Of a stretch of DNA of 62,184 nt, positions 31,321 through 41,541 are shown in pieces. The translations under genes were made by a program, and so were the position numbers. Numbering within the stretch: the stretch's first letter is position 1; each line of letters begins with the position of its first letter. The stretch comes from Rickettsiales bacterium (lineage in GTDB: Bacteria > Pseudomonadota > Alphaproteobacteria > Rickettsiales > UBA1997): the NCBI GenBank assembly GCA_005787525.1, contig SYAR01000041.1, forward strand, positions 1 to 62,184. The letters are read 5' to 3'. The notes below the pieces were generated by a model that made no database searches, was not told the DNA's origin, and was given only the letters and a program-made list of their open reading frames with translations.

Positions 31321-32205
31321 TTATGACAAAGAAATATTAAATTTTTTCGATAAATATTTTTCAACATCGATTCTTTCTTTGTCTATTAATTCTCGTGAAA
31401 AAATTATAATTTCGCCAATGTCGCCTTTGAAGTAATGTGGGGTTGCGGTGCCATATTCAGTGACGCCAATATATCCCGAAAAATTACTTAAAGTTGTTAA
31501 ATTATTTGACGATTTATCGGGAGTGCTTCCGCCATTAAGCCAATATTTTTTGCCATTAGAAGAGCTTAGAATAAAAGTGTGAATTCGTGGAATTATTTCT
31601 GTAGCTTTGAAGCTATTTATGGTGTAATCAAAAAAATCACTATCGCTGACTCCATATTTACCAACTCTTATCAGAGAAGAGTTGGAATAGCCCAAGTGAA
31701 AAACACCACTTCCGCCACCTATAAAATAAATGTGAGTGTCTGCAGATCTTCTTTGTTCAACGGCGAATATTGTGAAATTTCTGCCATTCATAAAAGTTGA
31801 GTTAAAAGGGAAATTATCGGTAGAGCCATCAAACTGAATGGCTGGAATCGAATTGTCGAAAGCTCGCGAAACATATTTAGGTTTTTGAGCGTCGGTTGTT
31901 TGCAAAACCGATTTTTTAATACCGCTTTGAATATTTATATCAAGCCAAGTTGAAATTTTCAAATTGTGAATTTTTTCCGAGGAAATAAAGCTTTCATCGA
32001 GAGTGGTTTCAAGCCATAATTCTAAATCAGGAATGCGATTGACTCGAGAGTTTTTGGTGAGGGTTCGAGCGGTTGATAATCTAGCATCTTGATATAAATC
32101 GATTCCATTGGAAATCCCTGCAATTAGGATGCCAATGATTAAAATAACCATGGAAATTTCGACTAAAGAAAAAGCAAATTTTTTATGTTTGAAATTTTTC
32201 TTCAT
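31321..32205 (-). CDS. Prepilin-leader protein with LamG/ConA-like domain (paralog 2)
   Basis: KKFA|FSLVEISMVILIIGILIAG, LELWLETT, WLDIN, GDIGEIIIF...VEKYLSKKF. Confidence 0.8.
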   Translation of the reverse strand: MKKNFKHKKFAFSLVEISMVILIIGILIAGISNGIDLYQDARLSTARTLTKNSRVNRIPDLELWLETTLDESFISSEKIHNLKISTWLDINIQSGIKKSVLQTTDAQKPKYVSRAFDNSIPAIQFDGSTDNFPFNSTFMNGRNFTIFAVEQRRSADTHIYFIGGGSGVFHLGYSNSSLIRVGKYGVSDSDFFDYTINSFKATEIIPRIHTFILSSSNGKKYWLNGGSTPDKSSNNLTTLSNFSGYIGVTEYGTATPHYFKGDIGEIIIFSRELIDKERIDVEKYLSKKFNISLS

Positions 32206-32213
32206 GAATTTTA

Positions 32214-32657
32214 TTAAACTCCGGTAGAGCCGAATCCGCTGGATCCGCGAACGGTTTCATCGAGATTTTCGACTTCGATAATTTCGGCTTGTTGATATTT
32301 AGCGATAATCATTTGAGCAATTCGCATGCCTCGCGACACAACAAAATCAAGCTTTGAATGATTAATTAATATTACACAAATTTCGCCACGGTAATCTGAA
32401 TCGATTGTTCCTGGTGTATTTAAAACGGTGATACCATTTTTTAAAGCTAAGCCTGAACGGGGACGAATTTGTGCTTCAAAACCTTTTTCCAAAGCGATGG
32501 CAATTCCAGTTTTGATTAATTTAATTTCACCGGATTTTATAATAATATCTTCATCAATCGAAGCGGTTAGATCCATGCCAGCACTGCCTGCAGTCTCATA
32601 TTTTGGTAAAGATAATTCACGAAAATTTTCAAGTTTTTTTATTTTTAAAATGGTCAT
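32214..32657 (-). CDS. dut: dUTP diphosphatase
   Basis: [36 protein letters not shown]. Start moved to ATG 32657 because the longer ORF overlaps petA. Confidence 0.95.
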   Translation of the reverse strand: MTILKIKKLENFRELSLPKYETAGSAGMDLTASIDEDIIIKSGEIKLIKTGIAIALEKGFEAQIRPRSGLALKNGITVLNTPGTIDSDYRGEICVILINHSKLDFVVSRGMRIAQMIIAKYQQAEIIEVENLDETVRGSSGFGSTGV

Positions 32658-32754
32658 TTGGAGATTTTTAAAATTAATAAATTTCAAGTTGATAAATTTA
32701 CAAACCTTAAGTAAAATTAACAGAAATATTTCAAAATTTATTATATAAACAAAA

Positions 32755-33291
32755 ATGTCTGAAATAAAAAATAACGATAATCCAAAAGATGAATCAAGAC
32801 GCAATTTAATTAAAAATGCGGCTTACGCCACCGCCGGAGTTGGTGCGGTGTGTGCAATTTTGCCTTTCGTCGATAGCATGAATCCGTCGAAAGACGTGCA
32901 AGCATTGGCTTCGGTTGAAGTCGATATTTCCAATATCAAAGTTGGTGAAGAAAAAAAGGTAATGTGGCGAGGCAAGCCAGTCTTCATTAAAAGACGTACT
33001 TCGCAAGAAATTGAAGAAGCTAAAAAAGTTGAACTTGCTGAATTAAAAGATCCGCAACTTGATTCCGATCGAGTCAAAGCGGGCAAAGAAGAATGGCTTA
33101 TAACCATTGGTATTTGTACGCATTTGGGTTGTGTTCCAATTGGCGGGCAGGGTGAATATAAGGGTTGGTTTTGCCCTTGTCACGGCTCGCAATATGACAC
33201 GTCAGGACGCATTCGCAAAGGTCCGGCGCCAAAAAATCTCGAGATTCCGCCTTACGAATTTATCAATGAAAAAATAATTAAAATTGGATAA
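32755..33291 (+). CDS. petA: Ubiquinol-cytochrome c reductase Rieske Fe-S subunit
   Basis: Tat-like SRRNL, CTHLGC, CPCHGS, GPAP. Confidence 0.96.
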   Translation: MSEIKNNDNPKDESRRNLIKNAAYATAGVGAVCAILPFVDSMNPSKDVQALASVEVDISNIKVGEEKKVMWRGKPVFIKRRTSQEIEEAKKVELAELKDPQLDSDRVKAGKEEWLITIGICTHLGCVPIGGQGEYKGWFCPCHGSQYDTSGRIRKGPAPKNLEIPPYEFINEKIIKIG

Positions 33292-33293
33292 AA

Positions 33294-34604
33294 ATGTCTT
33301 CACACGAAAATAATCAAAACATCAAGAATCCTTCAACCCCTAAGGAAGAACTCGAAGTTTTTCATAATATTCATAATGATTTAGATCAATCAATTACTGA
33401 AAAATCTAAGGTGGCTGGCTGGATTAATGATCGCTTGCCCATCGTCGCGACCCTTGAAAATACTCTTAAGAAACATCCTTATCCAAAAAATTTAAGCTAT
33501 TGGTGGAATTTTGGATCAATCGCCGGAATTTGTTTGGTGATACAAATTTTGAGCGGTTTATTTTTGGCGATGCATTACGTGCCTAACACCAAACTGGCTT
33601 TTGATTCGGTCGAGCACATTATGCGTGATGTTAATTATGGTTGGTTAATTCGCTACATTCACGCCGTTGGCGCTTCGATGTTCTTCGTGGCACTTTACGC
33701 ACACATGATTCGTAGTCTTTATTATGGCTCTTACAAGGCACCACGAGAAGTTTTGTGGTGGGCGGGTATAATCATTTTCCTGCTTACAATGGCAACAGCT
33801 TTCATGGGTTATGTTTTGCCGTGGGGACAAATGAGTTTTTGGGGCGCGACGGTAATTACTAATTTATTTTCGGCAATTCCAATTGTTGGCGAGTCAATCG
33901 TGCAATGGCTGTGGGGCGGTTTCTCGGTCGACAATCCAACTCTAAATCGCTTTTTTGTTTTACATTTTTTGATGCCATTTTTAATCGTTGGAATTGTGCT
34001 TCTTCATCTACTCGCTCTTCATACAACTGGCTCAAATAATCCAGCGGGAGTGCCGATGAAATCGAAAAAAGATGCAATACCTTTTCATCCATATTTCACC
34101 ATCAAAGATATGGTTGGATTTGTGTTGTTTTTCATAATTTTTGGCTATTTTTTATTCTTTTATCCTAACGCTTTGGGTCATCCTGACAATTACATTCCAG
34201 CCAATCCACTCGTGACTCCAGCTCACATTGTGCCTGAATGGTATTTCTTGCCATTTTATGCAATTTTGCGCGCCGTTCCCGATAAACTTGGTGGAGTTTT
34301 AATGATGTTTGGAGCGATTATTTTATTGTTCTTTTTGCCATATCTTGATAAAAGCAAGGTGCGTTCGGGAGCTTATCGCCCAGCCTTCCAAAAGTTTTTT
34401 TACGTTTTCGTAATTAATTTTGTATTTTTGGGCTGGCTCGGAAAATCGCCGGCGGATGGCTGGTATGTATGGGCTTCACGTTTATCGACCATGTATTATT
34501 ACGCTTATTTCTTATTAGTTTTGCCGATATTGCCAAAGTTTGAAAAAACCTTGCCATTGCCTGAATCAATTGACGAGCACTATAAAAGCAAACATAAACA
34601 TTAA
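33294..34604 (+). CDS. petB: Cytochrome b
   Basis: [26 protein letters not shown]. Confidence 0.97.
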   Translation: MSSHENNQNIKNPSTPKEELEVFHNIHNDLDQSITEKSKVAGWINDRLPIVATLENTLKKHPYPKNLSYWWNFGSIAGICLVIQILSGLFLAMHYVPNTKLAFDSVEHIMRDVNYGWLIRYIHAVGASMFFVALYAHMIRSLYYGSYKAPREVLWWAGIIIFLLTMATAFMGYVLPWGQMSFWGATVITNLFSAIPIVGESIVQWLWGGFSVDNPTLNRFFVLHFLMPFLIVGIVLLHLLALHTTGSNNPAGVPMKSKKDAIPFHPYFTIKDMVGFVLFFIIFGYFLFFYPNALGHPDNYIPANPLVTPAHIVPEWYFLPFYAILRAVPDKLGGVLMMFGAIILLFFLPYLDKSKVRSGAYRPAFQKFFYVFVINFVFLGWLGKSPADGWYVWASRLSTMYYYAYFLLVLPILPKFEKTLPLPESIDEHYKSKHKH

Positions 34605-34622
34605 GAATTTAATATTATAAAA

Positions 34623-35408
34623 ATGAAGAAATATTTTTTAGTTTTATTATTGTTGCCGAGTTTAGCCTTCGCAAACAACGATGTCGACCCATCAATTGAC
34701 GAATCGAAAATCACAACAGCTCTTCATCCTAAAAAAATGAAATGGGAATTTGATGGTTTTTTCGGACGATTTGATCGGGCTTCAATTCAACGTGGTTATC
34801 AAGTATACAAAGAAGTGTGTTCAGCCTGTCACGGCATGAAATTAATGTCTTACCGCAATCTTCAAGATATTGGTTTTTCGGAAGCCGAAGTTAAAAATAT
34901 CGCCTCCGAATATTTAGTCACCGACGGCCCGAATGATGATGGCGAAATGTTTGAGCGATCAGGTTTGCCTTCCGACAAATTCGTTGGACCTTACGCTAAT
35001 GAGCAAGCGGCGCGATCAGCCAATGGTGGTGCTTATCCACCGGATTTATCCTTGATTATCAAGGCTCGCCACGATGGCCCGAACTATGTTTATTCATTGT
35101 TAAACGGCTATAAAGATGCCCCAGAAGGCTTTGAATTGGCGGTTGGTAAAAATTATAATCCATATTTTGAAGGTAGACAAATCGCTATGCCTTCTCCGAT
35201 CAATGATGATGGGCAAGTTGAATATAAGGACGGCACGATTGCCACCAAGGAACAAATGACAATCGATGTCGTTAATTTCTTGCAATATGCCTCCGAACCA
35301 GAATTAGAGCATCGCAAAAAAATGGGCGTTCGCACCATGATTTTCCTCGGTATTCTCTTTGGTTTATTACTTTCCGCCAAAAGAGCGATTTGGAAAAATG
35401 TTAAATAA
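34623..35408 (+). CDS. petC: Cytochrome c1
   Basis: QRGYQVYKEVCSACH, PPDLSL, C-terminal TM anchor. Confidence 0.96.
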   Translation: MKKYFLVLLLLPSLAFANNDVDPSIDESKITTALHPKKMKWEFDGFFGRFDRASIQRGYQVYKEVCSACHGMKLMSYRNLQDIGFSEAEVKNIASEYLVTDGPNDDGEMFERSGLPSDKFVGPYANEQAARSANGGAYPPDLSLIIKARHDGPNYVYSLLNGYKDAPEGFELAVGKNYNPYFEGRQIAMPSPINDDGQVEYKDGTIATKEQMTIDVVNFLQYASEPELEHRKKMGVRTMIFLGILFGLLLSAKRAIWKNVK

Positions 35409-35420
35409 TTTTAAATATTT

Positions 35421-35969
35421 ATGACTTTTATTTTTAACCAAGAAAATCAAGAAAAAATTCAAAAAATTTTGGCAAAATATCCGCCTGAACGCAAGAAATC
35501 AGCGGTTATGCCCTTGCTTGATTTAGCGCAAAGACAAAATGATAATTGGATTTCCAAAGACGTAATTGCTAAAATTGCCGAAATTTTAGAAATGCCTGAA
35601 ATTAAAGTTTATGAAGTCGCCAGCTTTTACACGATGTATAATTTAAAACCCGTCGGCAAATATCTTTTACAATTCTGCAAAACTACACCCTGTATGCTTC
35701 GAGGCATTGATAAAATTATCAAAACTTGTGAAGAAAAATTTGGAATTTCAATGGATCAAACTACCGTCGACGGACTCTTTACTTTCAAAGAAGTTGAGTG
35801 TTTAGGGGCTTGCGTCAATGCGCCCATAGTGCAAATCAATGATGATTTTGCCGAAGATTTAACCTCCGAAAATTTTTTACAAATTTTAGAAGATTTAAAA
35901 AACGGTAAAAGTTTTCAAGTCGGATCACAAGTTGGACGCAAATGTTCCGCACCCGCAACTAATCAATAA
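35421..35969 (+). CDS. nuoE: NADH-quinone oxidoreductase subunit E
   Basis: SAVMPLLDLAQRQ, EVASFYTMY, CKTTPC, ECLGACVNAP. Confidence 0.95.
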   Translation: MTFIFNQENQEKIQKILAKYPPERKKSAVMPLLDLAQRQNDNWISKDVIAKIAEILEMPEIKVYEVASFYTMYNLKPVGKYLLQFCKTTPCMLRGIDKIIKTCEEKFGISMDQTTVDGLFTFKEVECLGACVNAPIVQINDDFAEDLTSENFLQILEDLKNGKSFQVGSQVGRKCSAPATNQ

Positions 35970-36060
35970 AATTTTAAATATTTATTGATTTTAAAAGTAA
36001 TTTAATTTTAAAAATACTAAATTTTATAATTAAATCACTTAATATTTTTAATCCAAATAA

Positions 36061-36209
36061 ATGAAAAATTTTCATAAAAAAGCCTTTAGTTTAGTTGAGC
36101 TTTCGATGGTTATTTTAATTATCGGCATCTTGATAGCAGGCGTTTCACAGGGGATAGATTTATATCAAGATATGAGATTGGCAACGGCGAGAGCTCTTAC
36201 GCAAAATTC
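36061..36209 (+). repeat. Direct repeat copy 1 (constant 5' block of paralogs 3 and 4)
   Basis: 147/149 nt identical to 37006-37154. Confidence 0.95.
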
Positions 36210-36945
36210 GCGAGTTAATCGCATTGAAGATTTAACCATGTGGTTCGAAAGCACTTCCGAACAAAGTTTCGAAAAGCCCAATCCAAATGATGGCGACAGA
36301 ATCGCTTTATGGAAAAATATTAATTTTAAATTATCTAATCGAATCGATGTAGCTCAATCAACTCAAGCTTCCAAGCCATTTTATGTGAGAAATGGAATAA
36401 ACAATATTCCGGCACTACGTTTTGATAATGGTCAACTTCTAATCGCCAGTAATGTTAAAATTTCAGAAATTGTAAGCTCAGATCAAGCCACAGTTTTTGT
36501 AGTTCAAAATAATTTTAGTGGCGATACCACAACGACAACTTTTGGATGGTATAGTGGTGGATATAGATTCCAATCTCACGCACAAGAATCAAATAAAGTT
36601 TTAATAGATTATGGGTCGGAAAGCGCTTCTGGGACAATGAGAACTTCAACCCAAACATTAACAAATTTTTTAAATCAAAATAAAATTATAAATTTTGTAA
36701 AAAATGGTTCAAATGTTATAATCAAAATAAATGCTCAAAAATCAGCAGAATCTTCGGGTTCAAGTGGAGTGATTGATATGTCTCTTTCGGCAAATTTTTC
36801 AATCGGTAAATATCTTCCATCAATTAACGATTATTTTTTTAACGGCTATATTGGCGAATTAATAATTTTTAAAAGAGCCTTAAACGATGCGGAAATAAAT
36901 GACGTCGAAAAATATTTATCCAAAAAATGGTCGATTAAAATTTGA
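36061..36945 (+). CDS. Prepilin-leader protein with LamG/ConA-like domain (paralog 3)
   Basis: KKA|FSLVELSMVILIIGILIAG, LTMWFEST, GYIGELIIF...VEKYLSKKW. Confidence 0.8.
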   Translation: MKNFHKKAFSLVELSMVILIIGILIAGVSQGIDLYQDMRLATARALTQNSRVNRIEDLTMWFESTSEQSFEKPNPNDGDRIALWKNINFKLSNRIDVAQSTQASKPFYVRNGINNIPALRFDNGQLLIASNVKISEIVSSDQATVFVVQNNFSGDTTTTTFGWYSGGYRFQSHAQESNKVLIDYGSESASGTMRTSTQTLTNFLNQNKIINFVKNGSNVIIKINAQKSAESSGSSGVIDMSLSANFSIGKYLPSINDYFFNGYIGELIIFKRALNDAEINDVEKYLSKKWSIKI

Positions 36946-37005
36946 TTTTTAAGATAATTTTAAACATAATTTAAAAAAATTTATCAAATTTACTAATAAA
37001 AATAA

Positions 37006-37154
37006 ATGAAAAATTTCCACAAAAAAGCCTTTAGTTTAGTTGAGCTTTCGATGGTTATTTTAATTATCGGCATCTTGATAGCAGGCGTTTCACAGGGGAT
37101 AGATTTATATCAAGATATGAGATTGGCAACGGCGAGAGCTCTTACGCAAAATTC
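37006..37154 (+). repeat. Direct repeat copy 2 (constant 5' block of paralogs 3 and 4)
   Basis: 147/149 nt identical to 36061-36209. Confidence 0.95.
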
Positions 37155-37878
37155 AAGAGTTGGTCGTATTGATAATTTGGAATTGTGGTTGGAAACAACT
37201 ACTGAAAAAAGTTTTGATAATAATGAGGAGTTTGATGGCTCTTCAATAACAAAATGGTATGATATTAATCCAAAAAATACCCAAAATAATTATGTATTTT
37301 CAAATGGCGATAATCGTCCAAAATTTTTAAAATCTTGCGTAGATAATAATTTACCATGTATAGAATTTAGCTCGGCAAACAATCAATATCTTGAAAATTT
37401 AAATCCAATTCCTGAAACCACTGAATTATCAATTTTTTTTGTGGTTAACTTTAAGACGATAAATACTTCATGTTGCACGGCAATTTTTACATCTGTGGGC
37501 ACTTGGCAACCAAAAGAACTTCATATAAATATAACTAATAGTAAATTTCAATATGGCATTCGAAATTCCTTATCAACCGATCTTACTTTGTTATCCACAA
37601 CAACGCCTATAGCTAAGAAACCTTATATAATTGAAATGATTGATGGTGACGTTTTTAATCTTTATTTTAATGGTTCATCAGAGGGTTCGATGGTAACAAA
37701 TTATATAAAAAAAATCAGTAATTTCAATATTGGAAGATGGTTAAATGGTTCCACGGTATCGCGATATCTTGATGCTTATTTTTATGAAATTATTATTTTT
37801 AGAAAAAAACTCACTGATAATGAAAGAAAAGATATCGAAAAATATTTATCCAAAAAATGGGCGATTAAAATTAATTAA
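37006..37878 (+). CDS. Prepilin-leader protein with LamG/ConA-like domain (paralog 4)
   Basis: First 52 aa identical to paralog 3; LELWLETT, WYDINP, YEIIIF...IEKYLSKKW. Confidence 0.8.
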   Translation: MKNFHKKAFSLVELSMVILIIGILIAGVSQGIDLYQDMRLATARALTQNSRVGRIDNLELWLETTTEKSFDNNEEFDGSSITKWYDINPKNTQNNYVFSNGDNRPKFLKSCVDNNLPCIEFSSANNQYLENLNPIPETTELSIFFVVNFKTINTSCCTAIFTSVGTWQPKELHINITNSKFQYGIRNSLSTDLTLLSTTTPIAKKPYIIEMIDGDVFNLYFNGSSEGSMVTNYIKKISNFNIGRWLNGSTVSRYLDAYFYEIIIFRKKLTDNERKDIEKYLSKKWAIKIN

Positions 37879-38377
37879 TTTTAGCGATAATTTCCTCAAT
37901 CTCATCTTCATCAAGCTCACCCTGAATTACTTTAAAAATTTGTTGATTTTTGTCTAGAAAATAGGTCGTCGGGATTGATTTAGGAATTTCAAAACTAATT
38001 TTTTTTGCATCATCATAAAAAGCGTTGCCAAAAGATAATTTATCGGCGATTATTTTGACATCATTAAAATATTTTTTATCATCAATTGAAATGCCTACAA
38101 CCTCAAGTCCTTGCGACTTTTTTTCTTGATAAATTTGGTCTAAAATTTTTAATTCTTGTTTGCAAATTCCGCACCATTTTGCCCAAAAAACAATTATGGT
38201 TTTCTGATTTTTTTGCGAAGATAAATTAAATTTTTTTCCGTTAAGAAAAGTGATTTCGAGTTTTGGTTGAAGGGTCTTCGAGACCTTAATTTCCTCGGTT
38301 TTCTTGGCATGATTTACAGCGAAACAATCGACATTTAATAATAAAAAAATTGTTAAAATTTTGAATAAATTTTTCAT
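37871..38377 (-). CDS. TlpA/ResA-like thiol-disulfide oxidoreductase
   Basis: Signal peptide, FWAKWCGIC, VVGISID, cis-Pro motif IPTTYF. Confidence 0.88.
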   Translation of the reverse strand: MKNLFKILTIFLLLNVDCFAVNHAKKTEEIKVSKTLQPKLEITFLNGKKFNLSSQKNQKTIIVFWAKWCGICKQELKILDQIYQEKKSQGLEVVGISIDDKKYFNDVKIIADKLSFGNAFYDDAKKISFEIPKSIPTTYFLDKNQQIFKVIQGELDEDEIEEIIAKIN

Positions 38378-39168
38378 GAAAAATTTGCTTTTAAATTAAA
38401 ATCGCCGAGAAATTCTTGAACTAGAGTAAGGGCGGAAATCATGGCGGTGTCGGCGCATAAAATTCTTGGCCCCAAATTTAGGGCAAAACAATTTTTTAAC
38501 GAATGTAATTTTGCGAGCTCTTCTTTAGAAAAACCACCTTCGGGACCAATAAAAATTATAATTTCTTGATCAATTTTTGGTGAAATATTGGCAAGAACTT
38601 CGCTGGCTTTTTTGCCATTTCCTGACTCATCGCATAAAATTAAAATTTTATTTTCCAAATTTTCTTTGAGTAAATTATCAAGTTTTTTTATCGAAAAAAT
38701 TTGCGGAAAATCATTGCGTCCACATTGCTCGCAAGCCTCTTTAATATTGGCTTTGAAGCGTTCTTCATTAATTTTATCAACAATAGTTCGGTGAGTAATT
38801 ATTGGTTGGAAATTTCTGATGCCGAGTTCGCACGCCTTGCTCGCCACGAAATCAATTCGTACATTTTTAACGGGCGCAAAGGCTAAAGTTATGTTTGGAG
38901 ATTTTCTTAAATCATTGATTTTTTCGGTGAGTTGTAAAGTTAAAGATTTTTTTTGTATATCAATTATTTTGCCGATGAAATCACCGTCAAAACCGTTGAA
39001 AATCATGATTTTATCGCCAATTTTTTGTCGCATCACTTTGATTAAATAATCAAAATCATTGTTGTTAATTTGAAGTTTTTGATTTAAAATATCGCTAGAT
39101 AAATCGAGTTTTATATCGAGAAAGAGTCGAATTTTTGGTAATATTTTTTTGTTAGAAAACTCAAACAT
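38374..39168 (-). CDS. rsmE: 16S rRNA m3U1498 methyltransferase
   Basis: KACELG, EACEQCGR, IGPEGGFS, LGPRILCADTA. Confidence 0.92.
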   Translation of the reverse strand: MFEFSNKKILPKIRLFLDIKLDLSSDILNQKLQINNNDFDYLIKVMRQKIGDKIMIFNGFDGDFIGKIIDIQKKSLTLQLTEKINDLRKSPNITLAFAPVKNVRIDFVASKACELGIRNFQPIITHRTIVDKINEERFKANIKEACEQCGRNDFPQIFSIKKLDNLLKENLENKILILCDESGNGKKASEVLANISPKIDQEIIIFIGPEGGFSKEELAKLHSLKNCFALNLGPRILCADTAMISALTLVQEFLGDFNLKANFS

Positions 39169-39176
39169 TTTTTAAA

Positions 39177-40355
39177 ATGACATTATTTTTTATATTTTTT
39201 TTGGCAATCGTAATTTCGGCGATTGTAATTAACAATAATTTAAAAAAACAGCGAATTAATTTTTTTGGTAAACAAAGATTTAGCTCGCTTACAAGCCATT
39301 ACTCTTACTGTTTCATATTGTGGTCGGTGGTTTTATTTTTAATTTTACTCGTTACAAATTTAGTTTTTTTTACAAAAATTTTATTAATTTTTGCCATAAT
39401 TTTCGCCAATTTTTTCATAATAAAATTTTTATTTAAGAAAAATTTCAACGCCAAAAAACATTTTGAAAAATTTCAAATCGGCACTTTGTCAATCACTGCG
39501 GGCATCGGAATTTTAATTACCCTCATCATTAGCGTTTCAATTTTATTTGAAGCTTTACGTTTTTTTGAAATTATAAAATTTACCGATTTCTTTTTTGGCT
39601 TGACTTGGAATCCGCAAATGGCAATTACCGCCGAGCAAGAAGTTGGCGCCAGCTCGTTTGGTATCGTCCCAGTTTTTCTTGGAACATTATTGATAACTTT
39701 GGTGGCGATGGCGGTGGCGGTGCCGATTGGTATTATGTCGGCGATATATTTGGGAATGTATGCTAATCCTAAAACTCGCGATATTTTGAAACCGATTTTG
39801 GAAATTTTGGCGGGCGTGCCGACAGTGGTTTATGGCTATTTCGCCGTCACCACCGTGGCCCCTTTTTTCAAAAATTTTTTCAATAGTTTTGGCGTTGAAA
39901 TGTCGGCGGAAAGTGGTCTCTCGGCTGGCTTCGTCATGGGCGTGATGATTATTCCTTTTGTGCTTTCTTTGACCGACGACGCCATCGCTTCAGTTCCGCA
40001 AAGCTTGAAAGACGGGGCTTTGGCGCTTGGAAGCACTAAATCGGAAATGATTAAAAAAGTCGTTTTAATTACGGCGATGCCGACCATTATTGGTGCCATA
40101 ATTTTAGCGGTTTCACGCGCAATCGGCGAAACCATGATCGTGGTTATGTCCGCGGGATTGGTCGCCAAATTGAGCTTCAATCCTCTTGATTCCGTAACGA
40201 CGGCGACGGCGCAAATCGTTACGCTTTTAGTTGGTGATCAAGAATTTAACAGCCCAAAAACCTTGTCAGCCTTCGCTTTGGCGTTAACACTTTTTGTTTT
40301 CACTTTTGCTTTTAATGTTGTGGCATTGATGGTGATGAAAAAATATAAACGCTAA
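39177..40355 (+). CDS. pstC: Phosphate ABC transporter permease PstC
   Basis: KPILEILAGVPTVVYGYFA, SRAIGETMIV, GDQEFNSPKTL. Confidence 0.93.
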   Translation: MTLFFIFFLAIVISAIVINNNLKKQRINFFGKQRFSSLTSHYSYCFILWSVVLFLILLVTNLVFFTKILLIFAIIFANFFIIKFLFKKNFNAKKHFEKFQIGTLSITAGIGILITLIISVSILFEALRFFEIIKFTDFFFGLTWNPQMAITAEQEVGASSFGIVPVFLGTLLITLVAMAVAVPIGIMSAIYLGMYANPKTRDILKPILEILAGVPTVVYGYFAVTTVAPFFKNFFNSFGVEMSAESGLSAGFVMGVMIIPFVLSLTDDAIASVPQSLKDGALALGSTKSEMIKKVVLITAMPTIIGAIILAVSRAIGETMIVVMSAGLVAKLSFNPLDSVTTATAQIVTLLVGDQEFNSPKTLSAFALALTLFVFTFAFNVVALMVMKKYKR

Positions 40356-40366
40356 AATACCGCATC

Positions 40367-40525
40367 CACTCTTAAATGGTGCGACCGAATTTATTAGGTT
40401 TCGTCATTAAATTTGCATGCGCAAATTTAGCTTTCTTTTGAATCGCTTCACGGCGAGTAAATCGCTTTATTCGCGATGAGTTTTTAAGTTTTTTTATAAT
40501 TTTGTTTGTGGATAAATGCATCATT
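40367..40525 (+). repeat. Modular palindromic intergenic element family A, copy 1
   Basis: Shares blocks with 46347-46374 (27/28), 41542-41564 (21/23), 41661-41699 and 46551-46570 (17/20). Confidence 0.85.
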
Positions 40526-40563
40526 CCTTTTTTGCTAATATATTATGAATAAATATTAAAAAT

Positions 40564-41541
40564 ATGATAAGTAATTTATTTAGAAGTAATATCGATAATA
40601 TTAATACCGCTTTAGTCCTTGTGTCTTTTGGTTTCGCGATAATAATTCCGTTTGAATTATTTTTATTTGCTTATGCAATTTTGGGGCCAATTCATTATCT
40701 AAGTGAAATTGCATGGCTTGATAAAAAAAATTTTTTCTTAAATAGTTCGCATCGACGAAATTTTTTTGTGACAATCGCAACCTTTGTGGCGATTTTATTT
40801 TTTATAAAATTCTATTCGGATAATTTCAATAAGATTGAATTTAGTGAAAAATATATTAATAATTTTATCTCATTATTAGTTTTTGTAACCTTTTGCGGAG
40901 CTGGAATATTGTGCTTTCAGCGCTCTTTTATAAAATTATTTTTATTATTTATTGCGATATTTTTTGTTGCCTCAATCTTGAAAAATATATTTTTTTATGA
41001 AGTTTTTTGTAATGTTTTGCTTATAACCGTTATTCATGTTTGGCTATTCACCGGGATATTCATGCTCAATGGTGCAATCGCCTCTAAATCAAAATCCGGC
41101 TTTATTACTTTTATAATTTTTTTAGTTTGTAGTTTTGCACTTTTTTTTATTGAGAATGCTCATTACGAAATCTCTAATTTTGCGCATAATATTTTGAGTC
41201 TAAAGAATTTTACTTCGATGAATAATACGATTAGCAATATATTTTCTTTGGAATTGCGCAACGAATTAGGGGGAAATAATAGCGTTCAAAGTTTTATCGG
41301 TTTCGCCTACACCTATCATTATTTAAATTGGTTTTCGAAAGTAGAAATTATTAAATGGCATAAACTTCCAAAGCAAAAAATGTTGGTAATTTTGGGATTA
41401 TATTTGGCTATTTTAATTTTTTATGTAATCGATTATCGGTTGGGTTTTTTTGTAACAATTTTTTTAAGTGTCGCTCATGTTTTTCTAGAATTTCCTCTAA
41501 ATTTTTTGTCATTTCGCGACTTAAAAAAACATTTATTTTAA
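40564..41541 (+). CDS. Multi-pass membrane protein with His-containing motifs
   Basis: Many hydrophobic helices; LGPIHYLSE, IHVW, YTYHYLNWFSK, AHVFLEFPLN. Confidence 0.8.
   Translation: MISNLFRSNIDNINTALVLVSFGFAIIIPFELFLFAYAILGPIHYLSEIAWLDKKNFFLNSSHRRNFFVTIATFVAILFFIKFYSDNFNKIEFSEKYINNFISLLVFVTFCGAGILCFQRSFIKLFLLFIAIFFVASILKNIFFYEVFCNVLLITVIHVWLFTGIFMLNGAIASKSKSGFITFIIFLVCSFALFFIENAHYEISNFAHNILSLKNFTSMNNTISNIFSLELRNELGGNNSVQSFIGFAYTYHYLNWFSKVEIIKWHKLPKQKMLVILGLYLAILIFYVIDYRLGFFVTIFLSVAHVFLEFPLNFLSFRDLKKHLF

Noticed and set aside
32658-32804. N-terminal extension of dUTPase in the ORF track
   Set aside because: It overlaps petA on the opposite strand; homology begins at ATG 32657.
36061-37878. 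Diversity-generating retroelement or shufflon behind the pilin repeats
   Set aside because: No reverse transcriptase or invertase in the window; the 5' mismatches are synonymous T/C rather than adenine-specific; the repeats are direct, not inverted.
40507-40515. DnaA box (TGTGGATAA) suggesting oriC
   Set aside because: Isolated and part of repeat block E; the only other perfect box noticed (37591-37599) is inside a CDS; no cluster.
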